Shown: positions 11,515 through 25,040 of the stretch, one piece after another
How positions within the stretch are numbered: the stretch's first letter is position 1
Layout: the number at the start of each line of letters is the position of its first letter
Origin: Eledone cirrhosa
Lineage: Eukaryota
Length of the DNA: 64,000 nt
Reading direction: 5' to 3'
NCBI GenBank assembly: GCA_964016885.1
Contig: OZ024753.1
Coordinates: 5,146,001-5,210,000, forward strand
Notes under the pieces: model-generated
Told to the model about the DNA's origin: nothing
The model's database searches: none
The model's input: only the letters and a program-made list of their open reading frames with translations
Position numbers and translations under genes: made by a program

Positions 11515-12103
11515 GGCGGCGAATTGGCAGAGCTGTTAGAACATCAGATAGAATGTTCGCAGTATTTGTTCCGGCTCTCTGTTCTCTGTTCAAATCTTTG
11601 CCTTTCATCCATTCGAGGTCGATAAAAAAGTACCAGTCTGGGGTTGATTCTTCCTCTATATCTCTTTCTCATTTCCTCTCTCTTATTTTCAATCTTTCTC
11701 TGGAAGAAATCTGCTGTACTCAGGCCTGGAGAGAAGATGGGCTCCGCCAGGCTTAAAATGCTCAAGAAACGGTGTATGTCAATATGTGTAATTACATGAT
11801 GATAAGGCAGTGAATTGGCAGAGTTGTTAGAATGTCGGATAGAATGCTTTGCAGTATTTGTTCCGGCTCTCTACTCTCTGAGTTCAAATCCTTCAAAGGT
11901 CAACTGTGTTTTTAATCCTTTTGAGGTTGTTAAAAAAAAGTATCAATTCAGTACTGGGGTTGATTCTTCCTCTATATCTCTTTCTCACTTCCTCTCTCTC
12001 ACTTTCTATCCTTCTCTGAAAGAAATCTGCTGTGTTCAAACTTGGAGAGGGGTGGGCTCTGCCAAGCATAAAATAACTAAGAAACCCTGAGTTACAGGAC
12101 CAT
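11515..12103 (+). mobile_element. Two tandem family 2A SINEs
   Basis: Each starts atatgtgtaatta.atgatgataaggc.g.gaattggcagag.tgttagaa and carries the shared core and tail. Confidence 0.85.
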
Positions 12104-12329
12104 ACAATACAAAATACAATATGGATCATGATGATATATATATCATGTATGATGATAAATTTTTGGTTTTAAAATATTGTTATGGAAGAATATTTTTGTA
12201 AAGTTTTGTATATATGTGTGTGTATATATATATACACACACATATATATACAAAACACTAGTTTATTAATATGGTTGGTTATTTCACTAAATTCCTTCAA
12301 ATGGTTCATTACTTACAAAAATGTAGACA

Positions 12330-12462
12330 GTGTTTTTCATTAAAAATATGGTAATGAAAGGGTTAAAGACATAGGTAGTGTCTTTCATAAGATATATGGT
12401 AATGAAAGAGTTAAAGACATAGGTAGTATCTTTCATTAGAAATATGGTAACGAAAGGGTTAA
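12330..12462. repeat. Triplicated terminus (~50 bp) of TTAA-MITE family 2
   Basis: tttcattagaaatatggtaatgaaagggTTAA repeated three times. Confidence 0.75.
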
Positions 12463-13999
12463 TACAAAAATAAAGTGAAATTCTTCCACTTGATACAAAA
12501 TGAAAGTTTGCCTTAGTGTGAGATTTTAAACAGTAAATATTTCCAGTTTTCTAAACAACAGAGACTAACAGTATCTCAGATGCTGCCCCAATATAGTGTG
12601 TATGAATCATCGATTCTGAGAAAGAAAGGAATGACAAAATATGTTTACTTGTTGTGATTTCATTTTTTTGCATTGGCCCACAAAACCTCTCCAATCTGGC
12701 CCACCTCCAAAAACATTTGCCGAACCCTGTCTAAACAGTGTAGAATGGTCTCCAGTAGCACACAGATACTTATACATACATACATACATACATACATACA
12801 TACATACATACATACATACATACACATATATGTTCCTATATGCACACACACTCACACACATATACAAAAACATATATATACAAAAACATACATGCATGCA
12901 CACACACACATATATATATACATATATATACATAATACACACATATGTTCAAATATGCACACACGCACGCATATATACAAAACATACATGCCTGCACACA
13001 CATTCATACACACACATATACACACACATATATGGACATGCACACACACATACATATATTGAAAAATCAAAGATACAATGAAAATACTTAGGAAAAAATA
13101 TGATACAGTAGATGAGGCACTGCTCCAGATTGGCATGAGCTCAGAATAGTAGGAATCTACAAAATAAATTTAATAAGCATATTTAACCCTTTTTATATCA
13201 ATCTGACCAAAAATTAGCTCTGGTTTTATGAAATAAATGTATTTCATTAGAAATACAGTCATGGAATGATCTTTTATGTGTTCATGACTATATATAGTCT
13301 TGTGGAAATTTATTTTTGGTTAAAAACCAAGTTAATGAGAACACACATGAGAACACTCATGAGAACATGTGATCAGAATGTTGACTATATCACATATTTG
13401 AATTTGTTTATTCTCTCATCAGGTCATCTATACTTTATCAAGTGACAGCCCTTTAAAATACTCTCTGTTATAGCAATGCTATGAGTGTGTGTTGGATTGC
13501 CTCAAAACAATATTAGAGGGAAGCTCCAGCTTTCCTTATAGGGGGGGGGGCATATGATTAAGAAGTGTGTGGGTCTTCGTTCCTGCTCCTTTTATTATAC
13601 AGTGTGGATTGGGTACATTTTGTCATGACACCTACATGACCACTTTACAGTGTGTGCTGGGTGTTTTTGTTGTTGTGACACCTACACGACCATTTTACAG
13701 TGTGGGCTGGGTGTAATCAGCCCTTCCTTCCTCACTCATCTCTAGCGTGTGACGGACAAATACACAAGGCTATTATATTAGTAGATGTAACTATATTAGA
13801 TGATTATATTAAGTTGATTGTTTTGTATAGTTATAAAATGGTCCCAAGGCTTAAAATGAAATTCAGGGGGTACAGTAGGGTGGAAGTGAGGGAGCTACCA
13901 GAGTAGATGTAGTAAACACGAAGTGTGGCTAAGTATTTTTTAGGCATTCATTTATTCTCAATTTTGTGATACTTATAACTTATTCAAATATATATATTT

Positions 14000-14006
14000 C
14001 ATCATT

Positions 14007-14058
<52 letters not shown>

Positions 14059-14235
14059 ACACCAACATCACCACCTTCATCATGGTCATCATCATCATCA
14101 TCATCACCACTACCACCATCACCACCTTCATCATCCTCATCATCATCACCACCATCATCATCATCACTATCATTATCATCACCACCACCACCACTACCAA
14201 CACCATCATCATCACCACCACAATCATCATCATCA
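14000..14235. repeat. (CAT/CAC)n microsatellite followed by minus-strand RTE 3' remnants (to ~14530)
   Basis: Trinucleotide array, then duplicated cttcctctac.aca...ctatgtgaggttcagtg segments (reverse strand contains ...CGRGR...). Confidence 0.7.
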
Positions 14236-15234
14236 TGAATGTGTCTTCCTCTACCACATCTTCCCTCCACTTGTTGTGTCCATTCATAATTTCCTATGTG
14301 AGGTTCAGTGATTTAGGGGTCAACTCTCACCGTGTCAGCTCAAGTATTCCTTGGTCTTCCTCTACTACAGCCTCCCTCCACTTGTTGACTTCATTCATAA
14401 TCTCCTATGTGAGGTTCAGTGGTGTGAGATCAACTCTCACCACTTCAGCTCAAGTCTATGTGAGGTTCAGTGATGTGAGATCAACTTTCACCACTTCAAC
14501 CCAGGATCTCATCGTTCAAGTGATTTGATCCACTTAGCTTTTCCACAAACTTTCAATGAAGATGGCAAGAAAATGATGACGGCAGTGACAATAAGGATGA
14601 TGATGATGGTGGTGGAGGTTGTGGTGGAGGTGATGATGATGGGTATGATGACGATGACGATGATGATGGTGAGGAGGAGGAGGTTGAAGGTGGTGATTGT
14701 GGTAAGTAAAAGAAAAATGAAGGCAGAGGAAGAAGAAAGCGGTGAACAACAACAACAATGACAACAACAACAACAATGGCAATGATAAATATATATGAAG
14801 ATTTGTGTTTTATATTATTGTAAAATACACTTTAGGATTCGAAAACTTTTAACTTTCTGTCTGAAAGCTGTTAGAATATGAAAGAATTACATGATGGCTT
14901 TTACAAGTAATAAATACAACTAACATCATATATCAAGTTGATGTGATGGAAATGGACAAAATTTTGCAGACTGGTTTTTATTTTCATGAATTTAGAGCTA
15001 TGTCAAAAATGAATGGCATTTGATATACATCCTACTTCTTTCCAAAGCTACTCTTAAAACTAATTTGGGAATAACTTCATCACCTACCCTAACGTTTTCT
15101 TGTTTTTCTTTGTTTTTTTATTTTTATATACAGATCGAATAACAAATTTGAAACACTGCCCAAGAAAATAATTAAGAAGGGGTATTAGATGAAATTTCAA
15201 ATCCCACCCTACCCCAAATAAAAGACTTCTCTGA

Positions 15235-15305
15235 AACTCTCTCTCACTCTCTCTATCCCATCTCTTTCATCTCTATCTATCTATCCATCTTTCTCTCTCT
15301 CTATC

Positions 15306-15382
<77 letters not shown>

Positions 15383-15488
15383 CCCTCTCTCTCTCTCTCT
15401 CTCTCCCATCTCTCTCTATATATATCCCATCTCTCTCTCTATCTATCTATCTTTCTTTCTCTCTGTCCCATCTCTCTCTCTCTCTATC

Positions 15489-15558
<70 letters not shown>

Positions 15559-15635
15559 ATCTATCTATCTATCTTTCTCTGTCTCTATCCTCTCTATCTA
15601 TCTATCTTTCTCTCTCACCCCCCCCCCCCCCCCAT
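15235..15635. repeat. (CT)n / CTAT compound microsatellite with poly-C
   Basis: Direct inspection. Confidence 0.95.
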
Positions 15636-16597
15636 TACTCTGTCATTCTCTCACTCACTCACTCCTAATCTCCTCCTTTATATAATAGTGACCACAAGCC
15701 ATAATTATATTAGTTTATACAACAGACCAGTGTTAAAATGATTGCCAGTGAAGCATTTAAGAACCACAGTGAAATTTTCAAAGAGACTGAATCAATAACC
15801 AATATCTCCTGAAATTTGCTGAGAAATATTTCACTTCATTGCTTGCTTTCCCACTTTTTTCTCTTTTTCTTTATTATCCCATCTCTCTCACACAAAAATG
15901 ACTTCCTTACCCCCCAAAAAAACTTCTGGCAAAAATATTAAGTAATCAAGTGAAAGGAACTAGAGATGCGTGTGTGTGTGTGTGTCTGGTGGTGGGGGAA
16001 TGATCTTCCTTCAAGCCATTCCTGTGTGCTAGCCGACAGTTAAGGAGTAGCAATCTCAAATACTTACTGTAAATAATCCAGGCAAAGTTTCTTAGATTGA
16101 TCCATATTCAGTGTTGTTTCTAGCGTTAGCGACACTCCTTGGTAAACTGAGCTTTGATACTCTTACAGCTATAATTCTGCACTCCCACAATAAGTTCCCA
16201 TCCCTCTTTTACTTAACATATCAACTACAAAACATACATATTAGCTGATTTATAATTTCTATAAAATGAGAAATATTATTAAAATATGAAATAAAATTTG
16301 GGGGAGGAGAGCATTTCATGACATCTCTTCGCAACACAACACCTGGCTTGCTAAAAAAACTGAGAAAAATATCCTACATCTTGAACTGGGTTAGCTTATG
16401 TCATAAAATATACATGTATAATGTATCTCTCATCTATCCAAAGGTATCCATTTCTACATAGAAGAAGGTTACCACTCCAAGTAATAAACATGTCTGCAAC
16501 AATTTAACATATCTTTATTCTAATAATTTCAAATTCCTTTTCTTCTTCTTTCAGTTTTCAACATTTATTTATTTCATCTATCTACTTATGATGATGA

Positions 16598-16728
16598 TAT
16601 TATATATATATATTATATATTAAATATATATTATATATATATATTATATTTATATATTATATATATATATTATATATACATATATATATATATTATATAT
16701 ATATTATATATATTATATATATATATAT

Positions 16729-16760
<32 letters not shown>

Positions 16761-17085
16761 ATATTATATATATATATATTATATATATATATATTATATA
16801 TTATATATATATATATTATATATATATATATATTATATATATATATATTATATATTATATATATATATATTATATATATTATATATTTATATATTATATA
16901 TATATATATTATATATATATATATTATATATATATATATTATATATATATATATTATATATATATATATATTATATATATATATATTATATATTATATAT
17001 ATTATATATATTATATATATTATATATATTATATATATATATATTATATATATTATATATATATATATTATATATATTATATATA

Positions 17086-17116
<31 letters not shown>

Positions 17117-17150
17117 ATATGACCTCATATATATATATATATATATAATA
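16598..17150. repeat. Interrupted (TA)n array
   Basis: About 550 bp of TA with periodic TT. Confidence 0.95.
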
Positions 17151-17600
17151 TCACCTCATCCCAAGATGACTTGGGATGAGGTGATAAAAGCCGACCTTAC
17201 CCAACTACACCTCTCAAAGTCAATGACACACGACCGTGACTTCTGGCGTCACGCAGTAATACAGGGTACCCGACCTCCCATGGGTACATGCTGAAGCATA
17301 TAAACAATATGCCCCCCCCCCCCCCCCACCGCAAGGTGGCCGTGGAGGTGCCACGGCAAAAAAGCACCCAGCCCACACTGTAAAGTGGACGTGTAGGCGC
17401 CACGAAAAAGCACCCAGCACTCACTGTAAATGAGGTTGGTGTTAGGAAGGGCATCCAGCTGTAGAAATCAAGCCAGATCAGTTCCTGTATGAGCAAGGCA
17501 TGGTCAGCCGACCAGACACTGCCCACAACAGGACAACCCGTCTAACCCATGCTAGCGTGGAAGAACGGACGTAAAACGGTGATGATGATGATGATGATGA
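17150..17600 (+). mobile_element. Third near-identical RTE 3'-end copy with a 5' fold-back
   Basis: Matches 5625-6060. The 5' junction tatcacctcatccca...tgggatgaggtgata is a hairpin. Confidence 0.92.
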
Positions 17601-17724
17601 CTTAATTGCAACCTACAGTTGTAAGTTTAAACTAAATATGTCATAATACCACCATTAAACCCATGGCTGTCTTTAACCTGTTTATATTATTGCAAGTTGT
17701 GAAAATACATGGCTTAGTGGTTAA

Positions 17725-17943
17725 CCCTTTAGCATTTATATCACTCTTTATTTACTATTGTATTTCTGTGGTAAAGACTTTATCTCATAATTATCTCACA
17801 TAATATTGAATCTATGAGATTTTGATATTATTTATTTTGAGAACAATACCTTAACATAAGTATGAGAGGCTGGTTATGGCCGGTTTGAACAGAAAGAGGT
17901 GAGGGAACTTTGGCTGCATATAGCCAGTTTAAATGCTAAAGGG
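17725..17943. mobile_element. piggyBac-like MITE, family 1
   Basis: TTAA-CCCTTTAGCATTTA ... TAAATGCTAAAGGG-TTAA. CCC/GGG termini with TTAA duplication. Confidence 0.85.
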
Positions 17944-18128
17944 TTAAAGTGTTCAGTTGATGATCCTAAGGTTCTGAGTTCGATTTATGGTAGCACATTG
18001 TGTCCTGGAGCATGACACTTTATTTCGCATTGCTCAAGTTCTCTCAGCTGACAAAAAATGAATTTTACTTGTAATTCAAAGCCTTGTCACATACTGTGTC
18101 ATGCTGAATCTCCTGGGAATTATATTAA

Positions 18129-18335
18129 CCCTTTAGTTACGAACCCAGTCAAAACCGGCCTGGTTCTATGAAATAAAATCCCCAATTTTAAAGGTTTCCA
18201 ATTTAAATTAAAATCTTCCAACATAATTTAATATCTTAGTATTGAAATAATTAATAAATTTAGAAAATGCCTAAACATTTTCCATTAATTAATTAAAATA
18301 GAGAATATTTCATTAGAAATGTGGCTATGAAAGGG
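18129..18335. mobile_element. piggyBac-like MITE, family 2
   Basis: TTAA-CCCTTT ... AAAGGG-TTAA. Related decayed copies at ~13184, 18484-18716, 19100-19370 and 55240-55472. Confidence 0.75.
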
Positions 18336-21300
18336 TTAAAAGTACACATGTCCACAGAATGCTGGGCCACTTATAATTTAATTTCATGAGCAGACTGTTC
18401 AATTGGTTAAACAAGTGGAACACACACCATCAGAATTGGAGTGCCAACACACATTATTTCTAGCACCCAAATCAGATATCTATTTAAATCTTTTGATACC
18501 AACTTGTCCAAGGCTTCCAAAGGTTCTGTGATATAAAACTCCACATTTTAAAGTGTTCATATTTATTTGAAGTCTTCTGTTAAGTTATGTTCCAAATATC
18601 AACATTGTCATAAAAAGTTATTTTATTAAATCCTTCTAAATTTTTGATTATTTTCAAAATTAATTGAAACACATCTGTGATATATTTCATTAGAAATATG
18701 ATAAAAAAAAGGGTTGAAAACTATCTTCAACTCAGGAGGTTCTACAAAGCCATAAAAATTATCGTTTCTCAGTTAACTAACCAATTTGCTTTTTCTATAT
18801 TCCTCACTTCCAAAGTTCATTTTTCTAACCATATTTTGCTAAATGTATATTTATAATTAATGCTTTAAAGTATTTGTTGTGGCTCTCTGCACTCAGACTT
18901 CAAATTCTGCTGAGGTAGATAAAATAAAGTACCAGTCTAGTATTGGGATCGATTCTTTGTCTATATATCTTTCTCATTTTCCTCTCTCTGATTTTCTATC
19001 CTTCTCTAGAAGAAATCTGCTATATTCAGGCCTGGAGAGGAGATAGGCTCCGCCAGGCTTAAAATATACATAATTCTCAACTAAAACTTATCTAAGTTGT
19101 TTAACACTTTTATAACATATTTTTAATGAAATACACTGCCTGTGTGCGTTCCAATTAATTCTGAAAATAACTAAAAATTGGGAAGAATTTAATAAAGTAA
19201 TTAAGTTTTTTATTAGTAAGTTGATATTTAGAACATTTCCTAACAAAAATTTCTAAAAATTGTAATGGGAGGTTTTAATATAAGGATAAAGATTTAATAT
19301 AAGGATAAAACTTTTTTTATTTTGTATCATAAATCTAGGGCAATTTCAGGCAGTTAGGTGTCAAAAGCTTGTGAAAGCGAGTGGCTTAGTGGTTAGAGAA
19401 TTACGATTCGTAATCGTAAGGCTGCAAGTTCAATTCCTGGACTGGGCAATGCATTATGTCCTTGAGCAAGACACTTTATTTCACATTGCTCTTTCTGCCA
19501 GGATTTGCAACTAGTAGATAGTATCAGCAATGGAAAGATCAATGGAAACATTGTTTCCTTGGATTGATTAGATAGTATCAACAATTGGAAAGACCAATCA
19601 AAACATTGTTTCCTTGATCCAATTTGTTCATCAATTCGATTGAAAAATGCAGTCTTTTTTTTTTTCAGCTTCCCATTGCATATACAGCAGATATTACTCA
19701 CCTCTTTCTTCTTTGTCCTTTACAAGGTTTCTAGTTTCAGTCACACTGACATATACTCAACTATTTACCTATTTCTGGGTTATATTTAAACTCTATGAAT
19801 GTATAACTGAGACGTGTCATCTCATCTGTTAGCTTCAGCAATTTGTGATCAACTCTCACAACCTCTGCTCATGTTTTCCTTGGTCTCCCTCTACTGCAGT
19901 TTTCATCCACTGGGATTTCTTGGCACTTCTCATAAAAAAATTTAGTTATTATATATATATGTGTGTGTGTCCGTGTGCGTGTGTATGTGAATGCGTGCAT
20001 ATATGTGTATGTATGTATATATGTATGTATATGTATATATATATATGACCACATACTTACATTACATATATATGTATATATATATATACATATGTATATA
20101 TATATACATATGTATATATATATATATATACATATGTATACACGCACATATATACACACACACACATACACACATATATATATATATATTTGTATATATC
20201 ATCATCATCATTTAACGTCCACTTTCCATGCTAGCATGTATGTATAACTCCAACCTGGGTGTTACAGAGATCCATTTACCAATTCTGGGTGTCAACAGAT
20301 ATTTTACGGAATTTCTAAAATACTTGGAGAAGAAAATGAAAAGAGAATTGGTAGCAAATTTCCAACAATGCATCTTTGATGCTAATTAAAGGCAGTCTGT
20401 ATGGAAGTTGTTTGACATTGTAGAAATAGCAGTAAAACAACTCCCTCAGCTATGTTCAATAATACATTCTTCACCTATAAAAAAAACTTATTATTCACAA
20501 CCGTCTGTTTATCCCATTTTCTTGAATGTATTAGCGTCCATCTGGCTTATATGTTCACCCAATTAGCAGGTGATCAGGTGGCTAGACAATTTCCTGAAAT
20601 ATATTTTCGCAGTTGGTAAGGTCTTTCATAACACAGAACCTCAAGAGCCTTGATCCCTCCTCATTCCTTGTATCAATAGCATCCATGTACACCTATGTAG
20701 CCCTTACCATGATGCCCAACATGTTGATTAGCCGTTTTAATACCATATTGTTAATGAAATGCATCATCTATGCTTTTCAATTAATTTTGTAAATAATCCA
20801 CATTTGAAGTAAATCAGTAAAACAATTATTAAGCTGGAGTTAAGTCTTCTTTGATCTTGCTCAATGGGACTGTTGTCATCCCAGGTCAGTGATCCCAGAA
20901 GCATCATCATATGTAGAGCCAAGGGTGTGGTGTTTAGTGCATAACTTAACCCAATATTTCTTCCACAACGTTATTTTTTAAATTTAAATGTAAATAGTTT
21001 AAAACAAGAGTTTTAGCTCTGTACATAAATTATGGTTTTTACAGCTAGATGCCTTTCCTATAACACTTTAAAGCATGGACTAGGTACAGTTTATCAAGCC
21101 ACTAGCACTAGTGAGGTTTTCAGTCATGAGTAAAGTGTCCCTGCTATGTTAGGAGTTTTTTTTTTCAAATTTGCTGCTGTCCTAGATGGGGTGGTTTGGG
21201 GCCAGGAGGTTGGAATCAAAAGGGTTAAAAGTTACTGTTATTCATCATTAAGTTCGTTTACTAGATCATCTCATAGAGACTGTCTTTTTGTTCATCTATC

Positions 21301-21576
21301 AATCCTGATTGGTCTAAGCTTAATTAATCTGCTACATACTCTAGCTCCCTTAATTAATCTATCCATTGCTCGGTCAACAGTATACATACACCACCCACCA
21401 CCCACCATCCACCATTGTGCCATCATCCACCCAAAAGTATTTCTACCTGTGTTCCTTGCCCATGAGATATAAGGCCGAGATTTCATTCCATCAAACCTCT
21501 TTTATACAACACTTATTTACTCAACTCCATTCTAGCATCTCTACTGTTTCCCCCAAACCTATCTTTACCATATTCT

Positions 21577-22097
21577 GAGAAGTGGTATGAGCATAAGCCA
21601 GAGTCGGTGATAGAAAACGATCAGGTGAAGGTACTATGGGATTTTAGGATACAGACAGACAAGAAATTAGAACACAATAGGCCTGACCTGATGGTTTTGG
21701 ACAAGGAAAACAGATCGTGCCTGATTGTAGATGTAGCCTGCCCATTTTACACGAGAGTGCAAGAAAAGGAGAGGGAGAAAATTAACCGATACCAGGATTT
21801 AAAGTGGGAGTTAAAAAGGATTTGGAACTGCCATGAAATCAAGGTCGTCCCGATTGTCATAGGGACACTAGGTACTATCTCAAAGATTTTCCAAGGATGG
21901 TTAAAGAAGATTAGTCCAGCCCTGCTTTTTGGAACACTTCAAAAGGCATGCTTGCTGGCAACAGCAAGAACCTTCCGATACGTCCTGGATGTCTGAGGCT
22001 GCAGGTAGCGGCTTGATATTCATTTCAACAAACTTTCCAGTTAAATAAAAAACAATGACTGAGACTCAAAGAACAATAATTATAATAATAATAATAA
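21577..22097 (+). mobile_element. 5'-truncated R4/Dong-like non-LTR retrotransposon (restriction-like endonuclease domain), (TAA)n tail
   Basis: Open frame EKWYEHKP...LWDFRIQTDKKLEHNRPDL...IVDVACP...EKINRYQDL...VPIVIGTLG...LQKACLL*, containing the RPD...D catalytic motif. Confidence 0.9.
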
Positions 22098-22258
22098 TTG
22101 TTTCTACTTTTTGGCACAAGGCCAGCAATTATCCCAGTGTATTACGGGTACTTTATTTTATCGACCCCGTAAGGATGAAAGGCAAAGTTAACCTCAGCGG
22201 GATTTGAACTCAGTCCATAAAGGGACGTAACTGTGCTGCAAAGCATGGTGTCCGAGAC
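22098..22258 (-). mobile_element. tRNA-derived SINE, family 2, tail type B
   Basis: tgtttctacttttggcacaaggccagcaatt...tcgaccccgtaaggatgaaaggcaaagttaacctc...gatttgaactcag. Homologues at 24650, 27677, 30834, 35965, 42135, 46620, 53416 and 57920. Confidence 0.85.
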
Positions 22259-22854
22259 ACAAGGTCAGCAATATCATATCTTGTAGATACGATATTAAGT
22301 AATTATATGAGGTAAAGCCTTTACCACAAAAATACAATAGTATATATAGAGTAATGTAAATGCTAAAGAGTTAAATAAATACAGTGTTCAGAGTCATCCT
22401 GGATGTTATTACATTTCTTACCATCTTATCAGACATTAAAATGTCTATAAATATAAAATTGTTTATTAAATACTATAATTATAAACCTTTTTTCACAGTG
22501 ATAGACAGCAGAAAGATATTCAGTGAAACCTAGTTTCATAAACTTAACGTCAGTACGCGTTACCAGTTATGGCCAGTTTGAATAGACAGAAAGAGGTGAG
22601 AGAATTCTGGCTGGATACAGCTGGTTTAATGCTAAAGGGTTAATTCATTGCTGAAGGCTGTACATCACCAGAAATGTTCGTAAACCGAAACTATTTTTCA
22701 TATAAGAACTGTTGAGATACAAATATAGTGAGAGAGAGAGAGAGACATAGATATGACCATAATAACTAACTACACAGCAAGTAACCCTTTCCTGCCAATA
22801 TTCCAAGCTTGTCACCAGTTGTTGTTGCTATCTTGTGTATTCATTACTCAAGTC

Positions 22855-22950
22855 AGCGTTCATGAACTGAGATGCTTTATGTTCGGAAAAATTGTTTGTG
22901 AACTGATTTGTTCATGATGTGAGGCATTCGTGAACTGAGGTTCTACTGTA
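22855..22950. mobile_element. Tigger/pogo-like terminus
   Basis: Subterminal ttcgtgaactga repeats ending GAGGTTCTACTG-TA. Confidence 0.55.
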
Positions 22951-24099
22951 TTTGTGTCATTCTAGCTTAATAAGTAACTCCTGTACTGTGGTAAACAACA
23001 GAAAGATATATCTGTGTCATTCTATCTTAATTAGTAACTCCTGTACATGTAAAGGAGAGACTGTTGGGTGGATTAAAAAATTTAATTAGTGTTGATAATT
23101 TTTTTTTTTTTAATAATTATAATAAACAACATCACTTACAAAATATGAAACTTTGGGTGCAGTTTCGGTAATATTAAGAGCATGAAATCTTTATTGATAT
23201 ACTCTTAGAGAATTTGATATGAGGAATTTTGATGGTAAGGGAACGTCAAAGGGCTTTGTTAAGAGAAGTGGATAGGAGTGTTTTGCAAAGATTCAACTTA
23301 GATTATGCTTTTGAAATGGCAGAAAAATGTGAAATTCTGAAAGATGAAGAATGAATATAGCGGCAGTCTTGTGATATGGTTAAAGTCTACAGAGAGGAAT
23401 GAAATCAGAAACTGAATAAATTCCAAAGGAAAGCAATGTTATTAATGAATTGGGGGAAACCATCAGAATGAGAATCCTTATCTAACTGTATTTTATACTC
23501 TGTGGCCTTAGCAATAATCTAGTTGGCCTATCTGTAGAAACGCATCATGAAAACATCATAAAGACACATTCATCATAGAGAGTTGGATCTGATTTGAATG
23601 GTAAATAATGTATCTTAGAGATTGATTCTATCTACATGAAAGATATGTTCATCTGATACTTAAAATGTGTGCTGTAGTATTGATAAAACACCTGACATCT
23701 TAAAAAGGAAGAGCAAATTTCATTTACATTTAATTAATTCCTCTTATTACTAAAAAAAGTAAGAAAGAAAAGAACGAAAGAAAGAAAGAGGGAGAGAGAG
23801 AAAGAAAGAAAGAAAACAAATATCAACAAGCCACAGTCAGTTAGTTTAGGAAATGAAAGTCAACTTATCAAAGATAATTAATGTAAGATTTAATTAGAAG
23901 ATATATATATATGTGTGTGTGCAATGCTATATTAAAGAATTCCTGCCACCCATCAAATATTTTAGTTCCTAGTATCAATCTAAGATGTCTAAGCTAAATA
24001 TCATTCTTCGTCATTCTATAGAGTAAAAATTTAATGGATGGCGCTAACAAATGTTTCTAAAGTATCTATCACAAATTTGTTACAAAGTATAAACCTAGA

Positions 24100-24290
24100 T
24101 AGATTAGCTAAGTTATAAGTCTGTCTATAGATTAACTAAGTTATAAATCTGTCTATAGGAGATTAACTATGTTATTATTTTGTCTATAGGAGATTAGCTA
24201 AGTTATTCTTTTGTCTATAGGGGATTAACTAAGTTATTATTTTGTCTATAGGAGATTAACTAAGTTATTAGTCTGTCTATAGGAGATTAG
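24100..24290. repeat. ~30-bp minisatellite x6
   Basis: Unit gattaactaagttattatttgtctatagga. Confidence 0.88.
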
Positions 24291-24613
24291 CTCATAAACA
24301 CCATGTGTGTTTTCTAGATGAACAACTTCATCCTTTTGTTCCAGCAGTATCCACCATGTTAAGAACAAAAACAAATTTTTCTTTTTAATTTTCGGCAAAG
24401 CCGGCCGTAAAATGCAAATGAGGCTAATCAGTCGATGCATACATTTGAGAATACTATGTATCCTCAGCAGTTCCATTGTGTAGCAGACACAAGAATACAC
24501 AATCTTGATAAGGAGTAAACACTCAGAAACAATTGTCAATTGTTTTCTCTCAGCTATCCCTGGAACAAAAGGGTGAAGTTGTTCATCTAGAAAACACGCA
24601 TGGTGTTTATGAG
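24291..24613. mobile_element. Fold-back element / MITE with 54-bp inverted termini, unclassified
   Basis: ctcataaacaccatgtgtgttttctagatgaacaacttcatccttttgttccag (24291-24344) is complementary to 24560-24613 with about 2 mismatches. Confidence 0.8.
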
Positions 24614-25040
24614 GCTGTTTGCTTGTAAACAAACCAAATATTAATAATTGTTTCTACTTTTGACACAAGACCAGTGCCTTAAATCAACCTCAGTTCATTA
24701 CTGGTACTTTATTTTATCAACCCCCATAAGGATGAAAGGCAAAGTTAACCTAGGCAGAATTTGAACTCAAACCATAAAGGAGTGTAACTCTATGCTGCAA
24801 AGCATGGCACTGACCCTCTACCGATACTGCTAATCCATATTAATAATATTATATTATAATATTATTATTCACTCACAAATACATATAAGCAGCGTATTTC
24901 ATTTGAACTACAATAATGAAAGGGTTAAAGGGGAACATACATAGTACAGTAGAAAGAAGCAGTAAAATAAATAGAATAGATTGATTTCAACTGAGATAAG
25001 AGTGTAACTTGAAGTTTTTAAAAGGCAGAATCATTTAAAA

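Larger units (their letters stand above)
17708..18448 (+). mobile_element. tRNA/CORE-like SINE split by two TTAA MITE insertions
   Basis: catggcttagtgg|TTAA...TTAA|agtgttc...gagttcgatt...tgtcctggagcatgacactttatttc; tail ggagtgccaac. Confidence 0.78.

Noticed and set aside
5662-17526. Repeated minus-strand ORF MGSVWSADHALL... (three copies)
   Set aside because: It is the antisense reading of the RTE 3' UTR; the identity comes from repeat copies.
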